Shown: in pieces, positions 27,997 to 38,353 of the stretch
Numbering within the stretch: position 1 is the first letter of the stretch
How the letters are laid out: each line of letters begins with the position of its first letter
Assembly (NCBI GenBank): GCA_964599615.1
Contig: CAZRGF010000004.1
Location: forward strand, 3,810-67,809
Source: Candidatus Woesearchaeota archaeon
GTDB lineage: Archaea; Nanobdellota; Nanobdellia; Pacearchaeales; UBA284
Reading direction: 5' to 3'
Length of the DNA: 64,000 bases
Made by a program: the position numbers and the translations under genes
The notes under the pieces: model-generated
Seen by the model: the letters and a program-made list of their open reading frames with translations, nothing else
Told to the model about the DNA's origin: nothing
Databases searched by the model: none

Positions 27997-30282
27997 TCAG
28001 CCTTTCTTAATCTCTTTTTTCATCCAATCTTCCCAGTCAGTGAAAACCCTCTTGCCTTTGGGCACACCGATTTCTGCCTGAATCTTCTCAGAAATTTCAT
28101 GGAAAGCATTATTTGCTTTCAAGACAAATTCAGCTTCCAATAGATTTGGATTTTTTGCTTTTAAACTTGCCTCAACTAAAGTCTGTTTTATCTTCGCTCT
28201 TAAAAGAATATTATCCCAGACAGCATCCCATGAACCTGCCCAGCCCTTGACATTTGAAGCAATATCTTTTAGAACTTCTGACTCACCATTAATAAAATCA
28301 TCAGTTGATTTGATATCATCTTTAATTACATCATATTTCATTAAATCTAGAAAACCTTTTTCAGCAAGAGGATCAACTGTCCAATGTTTTCTGACTTCTG
28401 TAATCTCTAATAATCTTCTCCATTTATGCAATCCATCTGAACTTTTAATTGGATTAACAATCGTGATAATATCAGTTGCTTTAAAACTTGTGGTAGGAAC
28501 TTTCAGATCATTGACTACTCTGTCAAAAACCCCATACGCTGAAGCTCCGTGAATTGTTCCTGCAACAACATTGGCTAATGCCCCTACTCTCATTGCTTCA
28601 TAAAGAGCTAAGGCTTCTGTACTTCTAACTTCCCCAACAATTAAACAAGAATCTCCTAATCTTAAGCTAGTTCTAATACCTTCTTCAGCAGCCATTTCAC
28701 TTGTTTCCCTAGCTAAAGCTTCTCGAACTTTCATTCTTAAAATATCATAGCCCATAGTTCTAAAAGCATCAACAGGAAGTTCCATTGTTCCCTCTATGGT
28801 AATTATTCTATTCCTTTGCATAATTTCTAGCATGCATGCTCCAAGCAAAGATGTTTTTCCTGAGCTTCTTGTTCCTGCTATTAATAAAGTTCTACCACCA
28901 TCAATTAAAAAAGATAACAAACCAGCAGACATAGCATTCAACATCTTGCCCTTGATAAACAAAGGCAAAGTCCATGGTTTGTCTCTGTGTCTCCTGAATA
29001 CATAAGATAATCCATATGGGCTTAAAGGTTGTTGAATAATAGCGACTCTTGCCCTAGATGTTTCAAGGAGTAATTCAGTATCTAGGACTGAATTCGCTTC
29101 ATCTAGGGGCCTTCCAGACATCATCCTAAATTTAGCTGCCCAAGAATCAGTATCTTCTTGACTAGGGACTATATTAGTATCACACTCGTCATATTCTCCA
29201 TGTCTTACAAAAATCTGGACTAAGCCAGCAGGAGCATTGACCATAATATCCTGAAGATGTTCATCTTGAAGCAGAACTTCTATCAAACCAAAACCAATTG
29301 TTTGTCTCACCAATATTGTAGCAAGTTTATTGATTTGTTTGAAATTTAAGGGCATTTTCCTTGCAGTAGCAAGCTCCTGAAGCAGATCCTTTGCAATATT
29401 GAAAAAAACTTGTCTAATCCGGCTTGGATCTGTAAATTCCTCTGCTTTTGGCTTATGTTCCAGCAAAACATTTCTAGCTAAATTAACTAAGCTCTGAAGC
29501 TCTTCATTTAAAGTGAATTCAGGTGCATTTAGATGATAAAGGTATTTTGTTTGGTTAGGGACTTTTAAAATCGAGACAGTGCTCTGGTCATATTCGTTTC
29601 CTATTTGATACTCATCGATAATTTCAGCATCTGCGGGAAGAGAAGAGATTAATCTAGTGTAAGTGAAGTTAGGGATTACCTCTGGTCTGAAAATTTCTTT
29701 GTATATATCTCTTGACCTTAATTTATATCCAGAGAGTTTAAGATTAGCTTCCTTGACTATTTGTGTTTTTTGAAGCATCAAAATTATTTTTGCCAATAAT
29801 TTTAAATAACCAGTTTCACAGTTAGTGCATTCACCAGTGAAGTTTTTTGGATTTGCTTTTTCTTCCTGATATACTCTTCTTGCTTCCATATAACATGCAA
29901 TAGGGTCCTGTTTCAACAAAGTCAGAACAAGATAACGCATCATCCCGTATCTTTGGGCAACACATCTCTTGCAAGTATAAGGAGCTAAAGAGTTCATTAC
30001 CAATACTTTCTCTTGTTTGATAAGTTTTTCATAAATCTGAGCTATTTCCATCAACATCGCGACCTGATTTGAAGGATAGCTGTAGTTCCTTTGTTGGACA
30101 AAAATAACCTTTGTAGCGCTTTGTACTTCTAGAAGATAATCCACTGTTCTTGCCATCACAATAGCACTATCGCCTATCTCTGGAACACTTGGAGACCCAA
30201 GATAATTTACATAAAGAATATCTTGCTTTGCTTCTCTCTTTATTTCATAACCGTATAATTTGGTTTCTGGTTTGAACAACAT
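27997..30282 (-). CDS. type IV pilus/archaellum assembly ATPase (PilB/FlaI/VirB11 secretion-ATPase superfamily) with long N-terminal extension
   Basis: Walker A LLIAGTRSSGKTSLLGA; 761 aa. Confidence 0.8.
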   Translation of the reverse strand: MLFKPETKLYGYEIKREAKQDILYVNYLGSPSVPEIGDSAIVMARTVDYLLEVQSATKVIFVQQRNYSYPSNQVAMLMEIAQIYEKLIKQEKVLVMNSLAPYTCKRCVAQRYGMMRYLVLTLLKQDPIACYMEARRVYQEEKANPKNFTGECTNCETGYLKLLAKIILMLQKTQIVKEANLKLSGYKLRSRDIYKEIFRPEVIPNFTYTRLISSLPADAEIIDEYQIGNEYDQSTVSILKVPNQTKYLYHLNAPEFTLNEELQSLVNLARNVLLEHKPKAEEFTDPSRIRQVFFNIAKDLLQELATARKMPLNFKQINKLATILVRQTIGFGLIEVLLQDEHLQDIMVNAPAGLVQIFVRHGEYDECDTNIVPSQEDTDSWAAKFRMMSGRPLDEANSVLDTELLLETSRARVAIIQQPLSPYGLSYVFRRHRDKPWTLPLFIKGKMLNAMSAGLLSFLIDGGRTLLIAGTRSSGKTSLLGACMLEIMQRNRIITIEGTMELPVDAFRTMGYDILRMKVREALARETSEMAAEEGIRTSLRLGDSCLIVGEVRSTEALALYEAMRVGALANVVAGTIHGASAYGVFDRVVNDLKVPTTSFKATDIITIVNPIKSSDGLHKWRRLLEITEVRKHWTVDPLAEKGFLDLMKYDVIKDDIKSTDDFINGESEVLKDIASNVKGWAGSWDAVWDNILLRAKIKQTLVEASLKAKNPNLLEAEFVLKANNAFHEISEKIQAEIGVPKGKRVFTDWEDWMKKEIKKG

Positions 30283-30373
30283 TTTCTCTCTTTTTTAATA
30301 TAAACCTTAGCTAATCTAGTTATAAAAATGTTTTCAATTAATGAAAAATAGTCAAAAGAAAAAATTATCTTAA

Positions 30374-30877
30374 TTACCAGAATAATTCCTTGAAAAGGGA
30401 TTTTCCTATGAAAGTTAAGTCAATTTGTGATATCAATTCACTGGTTTCTACTTGTCCAAGGGTTCTTACTGGTTGAAGTTTTGCTGTTCTCCTTATTCCC
30501 GAATAAATTTTCATATAAGCATCTCTCATAATACTAGTCTCAACTTGAAAACTTTGATTGCCCATTAAAACAGGCTCTTTATTATGATTAGCAGCATCTA
30601 ACAATTCCATGAATTTGTTTCTTTCGCAAAAAAGATTATTATAAACTGCTAGAATATCAACATCACCATATCTTTTGTCTCCAGAAAGAACTGCCTGTCT
30701 TGTGACTCCACCGCCAAGATAACAAAGAATATCGCGATTTCTCAATTCTGCAACAACTGCCTGGACAGGTGCAACATCTTGAGATCTAAGCATGTGTTCA
30801 TATGCTTGAGAATTCATAGGTAATAGTAAATTCATTTCATCTGGATTATAAACAATTGGTCCATGTGCTTTTGCCAT
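30374..30877 (-). CDS. hypothetical protein with possible Pol-beta-like nucleotidyltransferase motif; atypical composition
   Basis: LGGGVTRQAVLSGDKRYGDVDIL (G[GS]...DhDh pattern); low lysine, high Q/A/R compared with neighbours. Confidence 0.3.
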   Translation of the reverse strand: MAKAHGPIVYNPDEMNLLLPMNSQAYEHMLRSQDVAPVQAVVAELRNRDILCYLGGGVTRQAVLSGDKRYGDVDILAVYNNLFCERNKFMELLDAANHNKEPVLMGNQSFQVETSIMRDAYMKIYSGIRRTAKLQPVRTLGQVETSELISQIDLTFIGKSLFKELFW

Positions 30878-30948
30878 AATTATCTAAGAAATTTTGGTTT
30901 ATAAATCTTTCTATTATAACTATTAAATAGTAATAACAAATTCAAGAA

Positions 30949-31644
30949 TTATTCATATAAACTAGGTTCATTTTTTGTTGGAACCCTGATTCTATTGTCA
31001 GAATATTTCCAAGCTAATCTAGGTGGTCCAACCATGGTTAATCCAGTATGAACAACTGAAAGTTCAGCTTGGGCTTCTTTTATTATTTTCTCTAAATCAA
31101 ATCTTTTTTGTTGAAGTTTTAATAAACGTACGATTTTGGATTTTTTAGGAACTTCAGTTACATTTACAGAATATCTTTTCAAATTATCGCATTTATCATT
31201 AAAACTATTCCTCTCAGCAGTTTTTTCTTTTTCATATTTCCTAATTTGTGAACTTGTAGCATAAAAATATGAGGTCACTGATTCGCCTAGTTTTGGAGGC
31301 CTATCTTCATCAGATCTAGAATAAATTTCTTTCCTAAACTCCCAAACCTTAAATTCTTCGCCCTCTTCTGTGGGATATTGTGTTAGATCAAGTTGGTTTA
31401 ATTTAATCTTTCTAACTAATGTTTTTTTAGGATGAATCATCTCTTGTTCATCAGGTGCCACACCAGGTGAATAATAGTCTCGAACCATTGCAAAAAATGC
31501 ATCTGCCTCTTTTACATTTCCCGTAACTAAAGCAAGCCTGCATCTGCAAGTAGGATAACTTTCAATAACATTTGTTGCAGAAACTTCATAAACGTCAGAT
31601 AATCTAGCCCCTTTACTTTTCATATATCTCAAGAATTTTTTCAT
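30949..31644 (-). CDS. hypothetical protein (upstream partner of the NTase-like ORF)
   Basis: 231 aa, same strand, 71-bp spacing. Confidence 0.4.
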   Translation of the reverse strand: MKKFLRYMKSKGARLSDVYEVSATNVIESYPTCRCRLALVTGNVKEADAFFAMVRDYYSPGVAPDEQEMIHPKKTLVRKIKLNQLDLTQYPTEEGEEFKVWEFRKEIYSRSDEDRPPKLGESVTSYFYATSSQIRKYEKEKTAERNSFNDKCDNLKRYSVNVTEVPKKSKIVRLLKLQQKRFDLEKIIKEAQAELSVVHTGLTMVGPPRLAWKYSDNRIRVPTKNEPSLYE

Positions 31645-31744
31645 TTAAATTCATTATTCTCTTTAAAAATATATTTTGTAGTATATTCTTCAATTAAATA
31701 TTTAAATCGCCCTTTCCTTATCATTTCACAAAAAGAAGGGAAAC

Positions 31745-32155
31745 ATGGATCCAAAACAAATGTCTAGTCTAAGTGGGCTTTTCTCAGAACTTAACACTAG
31801 GATAAATGATTTAGAAGAAAAACAAAACAGCATAACAGAAAGATTGACATTACTGAGCCAAACATTGTTGAATACAGCCCAAAGACTGGGCAAAGAAAGC
31901 AAGACAAATAGTGAAGAGATTGCTGCTATGAAAGATGCTTTATTAAAATTAAGAACAGGATTAAACACGATAATCGAACAATCTGCTGATTTTGTAAGAA
32001 AGCAGGAACTTCAATATTTAGATAAATACATAAAAAATTGGCAGCCAATGAAATTTGCCACAATAGAGGATGTCAAGAAAATTGTTTCAGACACTATGAA
32101 GAATAAAAAAGTTTCATCAAAAGATAAGATAATCCCTGTTGATGATAGTGAATAG
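31745..32155 (+). CDS. coiled-coil protein
   Basis: heptad-rich 136 aa; resembles a segment of the next ORF. Confidence 0.4.
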   Translation: MDPKQMSSLSGLFSELNTRINDLEEKQNSITERLTLLSQTLLNTAQRLGKESKTNSEEIAAMKDALLKLRTGLNTIIEQSADFVRKQELQYLDKYIKNWQPMKFATIEDVKKIVSDTMKNKKVSSKDKIIPVDDSE

Positions 32156-32189
32156 ACTATAAGTTAAACTAAATGCGCAAGACAACGTT

Positions 32190-33167
32190 GTGCCGATTCA
32201 TTGGCAGTCTTGTAAGATTGAGATTAAATTTACACCCACAGATAGAACAAATCAAAAAATGCATCACCGACAAATTCCGACTAATATCGTTATTGATATG
32301 GACAAGAAAGGTTTCTTAGACGTAGACATTCTGCGTTATTTAAAAGAAAGGGGTTATACCCCTGTTGAAATAAGCGATGCATTTAATCAGGCAAAAATTA
32401 AATTAGAGATGTCAAAAAGAACAATGGAAAGAGATGAACTTTTGGGTATGGATTCTGCAGATTTCTCCAAGGAGACAAAGCCCCCAAGAGAATTAGCAGA
32501 TTCTCAAGAGGAAGCACCATTCAATTTTAGACAAACTCAAATATTGAATACTTTTCAAAATCAATTAGCAAGATATCTCGAGTCTCAGCTGAAATTAATG
32601 GATAAAAAAATAAAAATACAAGAAGATCACCTTCAAGAAATCCAGAATATTCTTTCTGAAAAGATAAATGCTCAATCTTCTGCAATAAAGTCGATGAATG
32701 CAGAAGTCCATGCACTTGGTCAATCATTCTCAAAGATTTTGGAGCCCTTAGCGCATAATGTCAAGGTAGTCTCGGGAATGCTTGATCTTAAAGAAGAAAA
32801 AAAGTCTTCTGAAAAAATTGAGAAAGAGATTAAAAAAGAAGAAAAAGAAATCAGCGAACTTGAGAAAGAAGAGGGGATTGTAGCAAAAAACGTGATTAAA
32901 AGACAGCCAGGTTATCTTTATTTTGTGGACAAAGAGGGCAATGTCAAGAAATCTAAAATGTCCCATGGCGGAAAAAGAAAATCAAAAAAAATCATTAAGA
33001 CAGTAACAGTTACTGAAACAAAGCCAACACTGGTGGAGAAACCAAAAAAATCCAAAAAAAACAAAGAAAAAACTGAAAAATCTGAGATAATCAAGACAAC
33101 TGTCACAAAGACAGAAGTCAAAGAATCAAAAAAGAAAAAAGAACCTTCTTTAGATGATGTTTTCTAA
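32190..33167 (+). CDS. coiled-coil protein with K/E-rich C-terminal low-complexity tail
   Basis: 325 aa; true start may be internal (MHHRQ or MDKKGF). Confidence 0.4.
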   Translation: MPIHWQSCKIEIKFTPTDRTNQKMHHRQIPTNIVIDMDKKGFLDVDILRYLKERGYTPVEISDAFNQAKIKLEMSKRTMERDELLGMDSADFSKETKPPRELADSQEEAPFNFRQTQILNTFQNQLARYLESQLKLMDKKIKIQEDHLQEIQNILSEKINAQSSAIKSMNAEVHALGQSFSKILEPLAHNVKVVSGMLDLKEEKKSSEKIEKEIKKEEKEISELEKEEGIVAKNVIKRQPGYLYFVDKEGNVKKSKMSHGGKRKSKKIIKTVTVTETKPTLVEKPKKSKKNKEKTEKSEIIKTTVTKTEVKESKKKKEPSLDDVF

Positions 33168-33394
33168 TGTAACTAGAAAGTAATAAAAATAGAAAGATTT
33201 ATAAATCTAAAAAGAATTCTATTTTTAGGTCATTACCAAAAATTTTAGGGATTGCTTCATTAGCAGCAATTCTTGCTACAGGATGTTCAACTACGCAAGT
33301 TAAAACAGAGTCTTCTCCAATTTTACATGAAAAAGGCAAAGTTTTAGAATTAGTTTACACTCCTCCACAACATGGAGAAGGTTCAACTTCTAGT

Positions 33395-33706
33395 GTGGGG
33401 ATGACTACAAGCGGAAACATGACCTTCAGTTCTGGGGATGTTGAAGTAAATATAGAACCAGTTTATGCAGCTGTTTTTGAATGTGAACATAAAGTAAAAT
33501 TTATCACACAAGGACCAGACTCAGCCCACCAAGCATTATACAACAAACTTCATGAAGGTGATAGTGTTAACATAGAATATACTGAAATCTGGAGATATAC
33601 TCTTAAAGACATAGACGGGGATAAGAAAAAAGAAGTTATTCTAAGAGAACTTATGAAATATGATTTTTTAGATGCAAATGCATTTTATTCACCTTCTAAA
33701 AACTAA
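33395..33706 (+). CDS. small secreted/lipoprotein-like hypothetical protein
   Basis: frame is open upstream to 33173 and encodes KKNSIFRSLPKILGIASLAAILATGCS (lipobox-like) with no in-frame ATG/GTG/TTG. Confidence 0.35.
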   Translation: MGMTTSGNMTFSSGDVEVNIEPVYAAVFECEHKVKFITQGPDSAHQALYNKLHEGDSVNIEYTEIWRYTLKDIDGDKKKEVILRELMKYDFLDANAFYSPSKN

Positions 33707-34038
33707 GCAAATCTTCCTAAAATTATTAATGAGATAAGTGCTAAGCTTATTCCAACTATCTCATAAACATTCAAACTTTCTTTAAAATAAAAAACTCCAA
33801 CTATCACCAAGAAAATTACAGTGGATACAGCATAAAAAACTCCAAGTGTTGCAAGCTTGATGTCTTTCATTACATAAAACCAGCCAAAAGCAGTTAATCC
33901 ATAAATTAAAAAGCCAATAACAAACCATTTGATCTCCATGAATTTTATTCCTTGGCCAGAAAGTTTAATAAAAAAATCCCCAATAACCCCCACAAGACTT
34001 AGAAAGACTGCAATGATTATCGGAACAAATTTATTCAT
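33703..34038 (-). CDS. small 4-TM membrane protein (SMR/DMT-like)
   Basis: 111 aa, four hydrophobic helices. Confidence 0.4.
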   Translation of the reverse strand: MNKFVPIIIAVFLSLVGVIGDFFIKLSGQGIKFMEIKWFVIGFLIYGLTAFGWFYVMKDIKLATLGVFYAVSTVIFLVIVGVFYFKESLNVYEIVGISLALISLIILGRFA

Positions 34039-34092
34039 AAATAGAAAATTCTTACTGGTTTATAAAACTTTTAATTTTATGCTAGAAAATGA

Positions 34093-34560
34093 TTATTTTT
34101 TTCTTGGGAATATGCTTCCTGCATGAAAACCATGCGCAAAATCTCCATACCCTATTCCTAGATTAAAAGCCCAAGGGTCAACATTCAAACAATCTTTATC
34201 ATTCAGTTTTATTCTTAGATACTGATGGGGGATAATATGCCATGTGTTAGAAGGCATTAACTCAATATCAGAATCTTGAAAAAGCTTGCTTTTAACAAGC
34301 ATAACCCGAAGTAAATAATTCATCTGCGTACAATAAATAAATCCTTTAATACCCCAAAGAGAATTCAAATCAGTTTTATATAAATCAAATAATTTTGTAA
34401 TAAAATGCACTCTATCTGTTTTATATTTACTTGTTAAATAATCAAAAGATTTTTTGATAAACTCTTTTTTATTACTCGTTTTAAATTCTCTAATCTTTTT
34501 TTCTAAGTTTTTTGGTATCTTATTAGGAATAGCCTCTTTTTTATACAAGTTGGGAATCAT
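34093..34560 (-). CDS. transglutaminase-like (papain-fold) domain protein
   Basis: ordered Cys (GFIYCTQMN), His (NTWHIIPHQ), Asp (NVDPW) as in the transglutaminase-like catalytic triad. Confidence 0.4.
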   Translation of the reverse strand: MIPNLYKKEAIPNKIPKNLEKKIREFKTSNKKEFIKKSFDYLTSKYKTDRVHFITKLFDLYKTDLNSLWGIKGFIYCTQMNYLLRVMLVKSKLFQDSDIELMPSNTWHIIPHQYLRIKLNDKDCLNVDPWAFNLGIGYGDFAHGFHAGSIFPRKK

Positions 34561-34637
34561 AAATACAATCAGAAAATAGGTCTAATAAATATTTCTATTA
34601 ATTAAGAATTAATCATTTTTTTACAAAAAGATATTTT

Positions 34638-35105
34638 TTAATGTGATATGCCCAAGAGTATGTCTTGCAGTTCTTTTCTTGTTTTTTGGGACATGTTTTC
34701 TTCTATTTTGTCAAAACTTTCACAAAATGTTCTTGTTGTTGCAGAAGATAAAGGTTTTACACCATTACGTTTTGAAACATTACATACTATATAACCTTCT
34801 GAATATTTTGCGCAAAAGTCTGCTCCATGCCAGACCCACCAATCTAAATTGCTGCGTATATTTGGGTCTCCAGTCATATAATGATAAGTATCTTCTTGTT
34901 TTCCTTCTTCTCCAGCAAGATATTTTAAAGAGAGAACAATCAAAGCCTCTCGAAGATTTGGCATTAAACTGTCATATTCTTTTTTTTCTTCCCCACCTTT
35001 AGTAAGATAAGCTCCCCTACAACCGCCACCAGAAGAATCTGTCTTCAAAGTATAGCCATCTTTCAATGCTTTTGTTATACCATAAAATTTTTCTGCCATT
35101 TTCAA
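34638..35105 (-). CDS. hypothetical protein (possible Cys/His hydrolase)
   Basis: SSGGGCRGAY and downstream WVWHGADFC motifs. Confidence 0.3.
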   Translation of the reverse strand: MKMAEKFYGITKALKDGYTLKTDSSGGGCRGAYLTKGGEEKKEYDSLMPNLREALIVLSLKYLAGEEGKQEDTYHYMTGDPNIRSNLDWWVWHGADFCAKYSEGYIVCNVSKRNGVKPLSSATTRTFCESFDKIEENMSQKTRKELQDILLGISH

Positions 35106-35112
35106 TTTTTAA

Positions 35113-36120
35113 TCAGGGTTCCTCGTCATTAATCCCAGATTCATGAATAAAGAAGACGCATTCGTTTTCAGGCAAGTTCGGGGAGTCAATCATCTTTGCT
35201 ACTCGTGCACTTTTCTTTCCCTTTCTTAGATAAATTCGGTATGTGCTTGCATGAGCAAGAATATGGCCCCCAATTGCTTTAGTCGGATCACCGAACATCA
35301 TTGCAGGGTCTGCCATGACTTGATTGGTGATATAAACTGCTAGATTTTGTGCTTCAGCTATCCTCATCAAGTTATGAAGATGTTTGTTGAGTTTTTGTTG
35401 TCTGTCTGCTAGCATCCCCCTTCCTGAAAATTCTGCCCTAAAATGTGCTGTAATCGAATCAATAATCACAAGTTTTATTGGTTCACCTTTTCTCACTAGA
35501 TCAATAACTTTGTCTATAAGCAAAATCTGATGATCTGAATTAAATACTCTTGCAACAAAAATATTTTTCAATGTCTTTGTGAAATCTAATCCTTGAGCTT
35601 CACACATCTGTTTGATTCTCTCTGGTCTGAATGTGCTTTCAGTATCAAGCCAGACAGCTTTTCCATTTGCACCACCTTTTTCAATAGGCAATTGAACGTT
35701 CACAGCTAACTGATGAGCTAGCTGTGACTTTCCTGAACCAAAAGCACCATATGCTTCTGTAATTGCCCGAGTTTCAACTCCTCCCCCAAGTAACGCGTTT
35801 AAATTATTTGAACCTGTACTGATTTTTACAACAGTCTGTCTTCTTTTTAAAAATTCAGTTGCATCTTCAAACTCAAGATGCAGCATTTTTCTTGCAGCTG
35901 AAATAGCTTTTCTAGCAGTAGCTTCTGTCATGTCAGCTACAGTAGATAAATCAGCAGGAGTCATGACTGCAAGAGACATTAAATCCCCATAACCTGATTC
36001 TTCAAGTTTGGCAGCTGTTGTAGCTCCAATTCCCGGCAAATCAGTTAACTTAAGTTCACTAGTATCTTTTTTCTCTTCCACTTCTAATTCTTCTTCTTTT
36101 TCAACTTTTTCCTTAGCCAT
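35113..36120 (-). CDS. radA: DNA repair and recombination protein RadA
   Basis: N-terminal HhH region, Walker A GAFGSGKSQ, RecA/Rad51 core. Confidence 0.9.
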   Translation of the reverse strand: MAKEKVEKEEELEVEEKKDTSELKLTDLPGIGATTAAKLEESGYGDLMSLAVMTPADLSTVADMTEATARKAISAARKMLHLEFEDATEFLKRRQTVVKISTGSNNLNALLGGGVETRAITEAYGAFGSGKSQLAHQLAVNVQLPIEKGGANGKAVWLDTESTFRPERIKQMCEAQGLDFTKTLKNIFVARVFNSDHQILLIDKVIDLVRKGEPIKLVIIDSITAHFRAEFSGRGMLADRQQKLNKHLHNLMRIAEAQNLAVYITNQVMADPAMMFGDPTKAIGGHILAHASTYRIYLRKGKKSARVAKMIDSPNLPENECVFFIHESGINDEEP

Positions 36121-36381
36121 GTTTGAGATAATATCCAGAGTTTATAAGCATTATCTCAATTCAGAATATATTTTAAAGTCTATCATGTTAAGTGTATTGA
36201 ATGAGTTTGTCCCTAAAAAGTTTTGAAGACTGCCTAAGAATTAATAAAAATCAACAACTTACAGCCATATCTCTTGTAATACTTAAAGATTAGTAATCTA
36301 TCCCCAAGCGTATAATTAAATTTCATGAACAATTATTTTTAGAGAACAAACCGCTTACTTAACCCTTAAAAATGTAAATAG

Positions 36382-36852
36382 CTAAATCATAATCAAAATC
36401 AAGAAAATACAGGCTAAAGAAAAAATCAAGAAGATTATTGCTTCAGAAAGACTATGGGTCTTGATTTTCCCTTTGATTACAAAGTCCAAAGGCCAGAACC
36501 ATTTTATTCCTGCCTTTGTCAGAGAATCTAAAAATAGATGCAAGAAATAAAACAAGAAGAAAATTCCTGCGAATACTATACTTTTTGAGAATAAAAAAAC
36601 AAGAAGAGAAAAAATCAATGCAAATAACAAACTATGGAATTCTTCCCTATGGACTGTGAAAGCATGTATAAAATTACTTACAGGTTTTGTTTTATTGCTT
36701 ATGAAACTTCCTGCAATATCGATATCAGGTAAACAAGTCGCTAAAAAGAACAACAATAAGAACCACCAATTAAATGAAAAGCCAAAAGATTTTAGATTTA
36801 TCAATAATAAAAATGCAAACAAGTTGAAAACAAAGTGAGTTCTTAGGAGCAT
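36382..36852 (-). CDS. membrane protein (possible DUF457/YdjM-like metal-dependent hydrolase)
   Basis: 156 aa multi-TM with conserved His/Asp positions. Confidence 0.3.
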   Translation of the reverse strand: MLLRTHFVFNLFAFLLLINLKSFGFSFNWWFLLLFFLATCLPDIDIAGSFISNKTKPVSNFIHAFTVHREEFHSLLFALIFSLLVFLFSKSIVFAGIFFLFYFLHLFLDSLTKAGIKWFWPLDFVIKGKIKTHSLSEAIIFLIFSLACIFLILIMI

Positions 36853-36904
36853 TTTAAACTATGTATAATTCTTCATCTCTTTAGTTAATAAATATGTACT
36901 CCCG

Positions 36905-36947
36905 AAAAGCAAAGCGTAGTGATAAAATGTAATTAAAAAGATTTGGT
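36905..36947. repeat. repeat family B partial copy (gaaaagcaaagcgtagtg...aaaaagatttgg)
   Basis: aligns with 60252..60300. Confidence 0.45.
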
Positions 36948-37018
36948 CGTGGTTACTATGGTGTATAAGTTTTATCACAAAATGGCATATGCCCGCCAAT
37001 TAGCAAACTCAGCTTAGT

Positions 37019-37990
37019 TCAAGCCTTAGAATATAGCTTGATAACATCATCTACAGAAATTTTTTCAACATCATTTATGATGAACTCATCTCTGTTGAAA
37101 AGTACATTTTTTCTTGTTCTTCCTAAGAACAAGAATTCTTCTCCTAGAAGTTCTTCTCTCTTCTCAAGGATGATGTTGGGGTCATCTAGCTGTGATTCAT
37201 TCTCCAAATTGAATATCTTCAGGATAAGTTCATTAAAAGCAGTTGCCCTTATATTCTCCGAGCCATCATCTAAAGTGACATTCAATATAGCTCTTTTTCT
37301 CGGCATAACTGCCCCATGTTTGGGACAAACCGCTTTGTCCCCTTCAAAAGTAGCTTTCATATTGCATTCAGGGCATACATAGAAAAAAGAAATATTGAAC
37401 ATCTGCAAGATATTCGCTCTTACATTGACTTGCTCATTTGTTTTAACATCCTTGATTTTTTTTACAATGGGACTCTCTTTTTTTGTGACAACTACCTGCA
37501 TTTCAATCTGGCTTGGAATCAGTTCAGAAAAAGAATTTAGATGAATCTCTTTGTTTGCTGTTCCCCTTATGTCTGCATTTTTTATCTCAATAACCGAACC
37601 TACCTTGATTGTCCCATTTTTTACTAAAGATATATGATTAGTGTCCCACAAGACAACTCGTACATTCGAAGTTTCGTCAGCTATTGCGAAAGAGACCACT
37701 TCAGCATCCTGTTGCTGTCTTTTGAACTGCCGGACCATGGGCTCTTCAATGACCTTGCCAATAACAGAGATTTTTTTCATTCCAATCATCAAATCCAGGA
37801 TTTTTAATGTTTGTTTTTCAAATGTAACACCAAGTTCAGCAGCTACTATCTGCGCTGCCCCCTCATCACTGATTAAATCAGAGAATTTAGCTTTTTTAGC
37901 GCCAATTCTTCTCACTACCTCTTCTTTATCCAGTCCAGATGATTTTGAAATCCGATCAACTAGCTGTTCATATGAAGCTTTAATCATCAA
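37019..37990 (-). CDS. rpa: replication protein A (RPA-like ssDNA-binding protein) with C-terminal zinc ribbon
   Basis: N-terminal RPA-type helical domain, OB-fold-sized repeats, CPECN...CPKHG zinc ribbon. Confidence 0.65.
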   Translation of the reverse strand: MMIKASYEQLVDRISKSSGLDKEEVVRRIGAKKAKFSDLISDEGAAQIVAAELGVTFEKQTLKILDLMIGMKKISVIGKVIEEPMVRQFKRQQQDAEVVSFAIADETSNVRVVLWDTNHISLVKNGTIKVGSVIEIKNADIRGTANKEIHLNSFSELIPSQIEMQVVVTKKESPIVKKIKDVKTNEQVNVRANILQMFNISFFYVCPECNMKATFEGDKAVCPKHGAVMPRKRAILNVTLDDGSENIRATAFNELILKIFNLENESQLDDPNIILEKREELLGEEFLFLGRTRKNVLFNRDEFIINDVEKISVDDVIKLYSKA

Positions 37991-38122
37991 CTAAAAATCC
38001 TAACCTGATTTTTAAACTTTATTGCTCTATAAAACATATAATCTATATTGAAAAAATCTTGCTGTCACAGTAGAATAGGGCTATAATCCTTGTTAAATTT
38101 GATACGTCTGTATGTGCAATAA

Positions 38123-38272
38123 ACTTGACTTTGCCAGAGATAAGTTTAATAACATGATCCTGATTTTTAGTTGGATTTTCTTTGGGTTTTTGAAATCCTA
38201 AAAAGATTTCTTATAAAAACAATTGCTACTAGTCATTATACATACATATATAAGAATTTGGCGAAGTCAGGT
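38123..38272. mobile_element. MITE-like element family A copy
   Basis: 5' acttgactttgccagagataagt ... 3' ttggcgaagtcaggt. Confidence 0.55.
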
Positions 38273-38353
38273 GCATGGACTTTCTAAAAAATATTTTGTT
38301 AATTTAAACAATTGCTTTAAAGAAGATAAGGAATACAACCCGATAGATTATAA

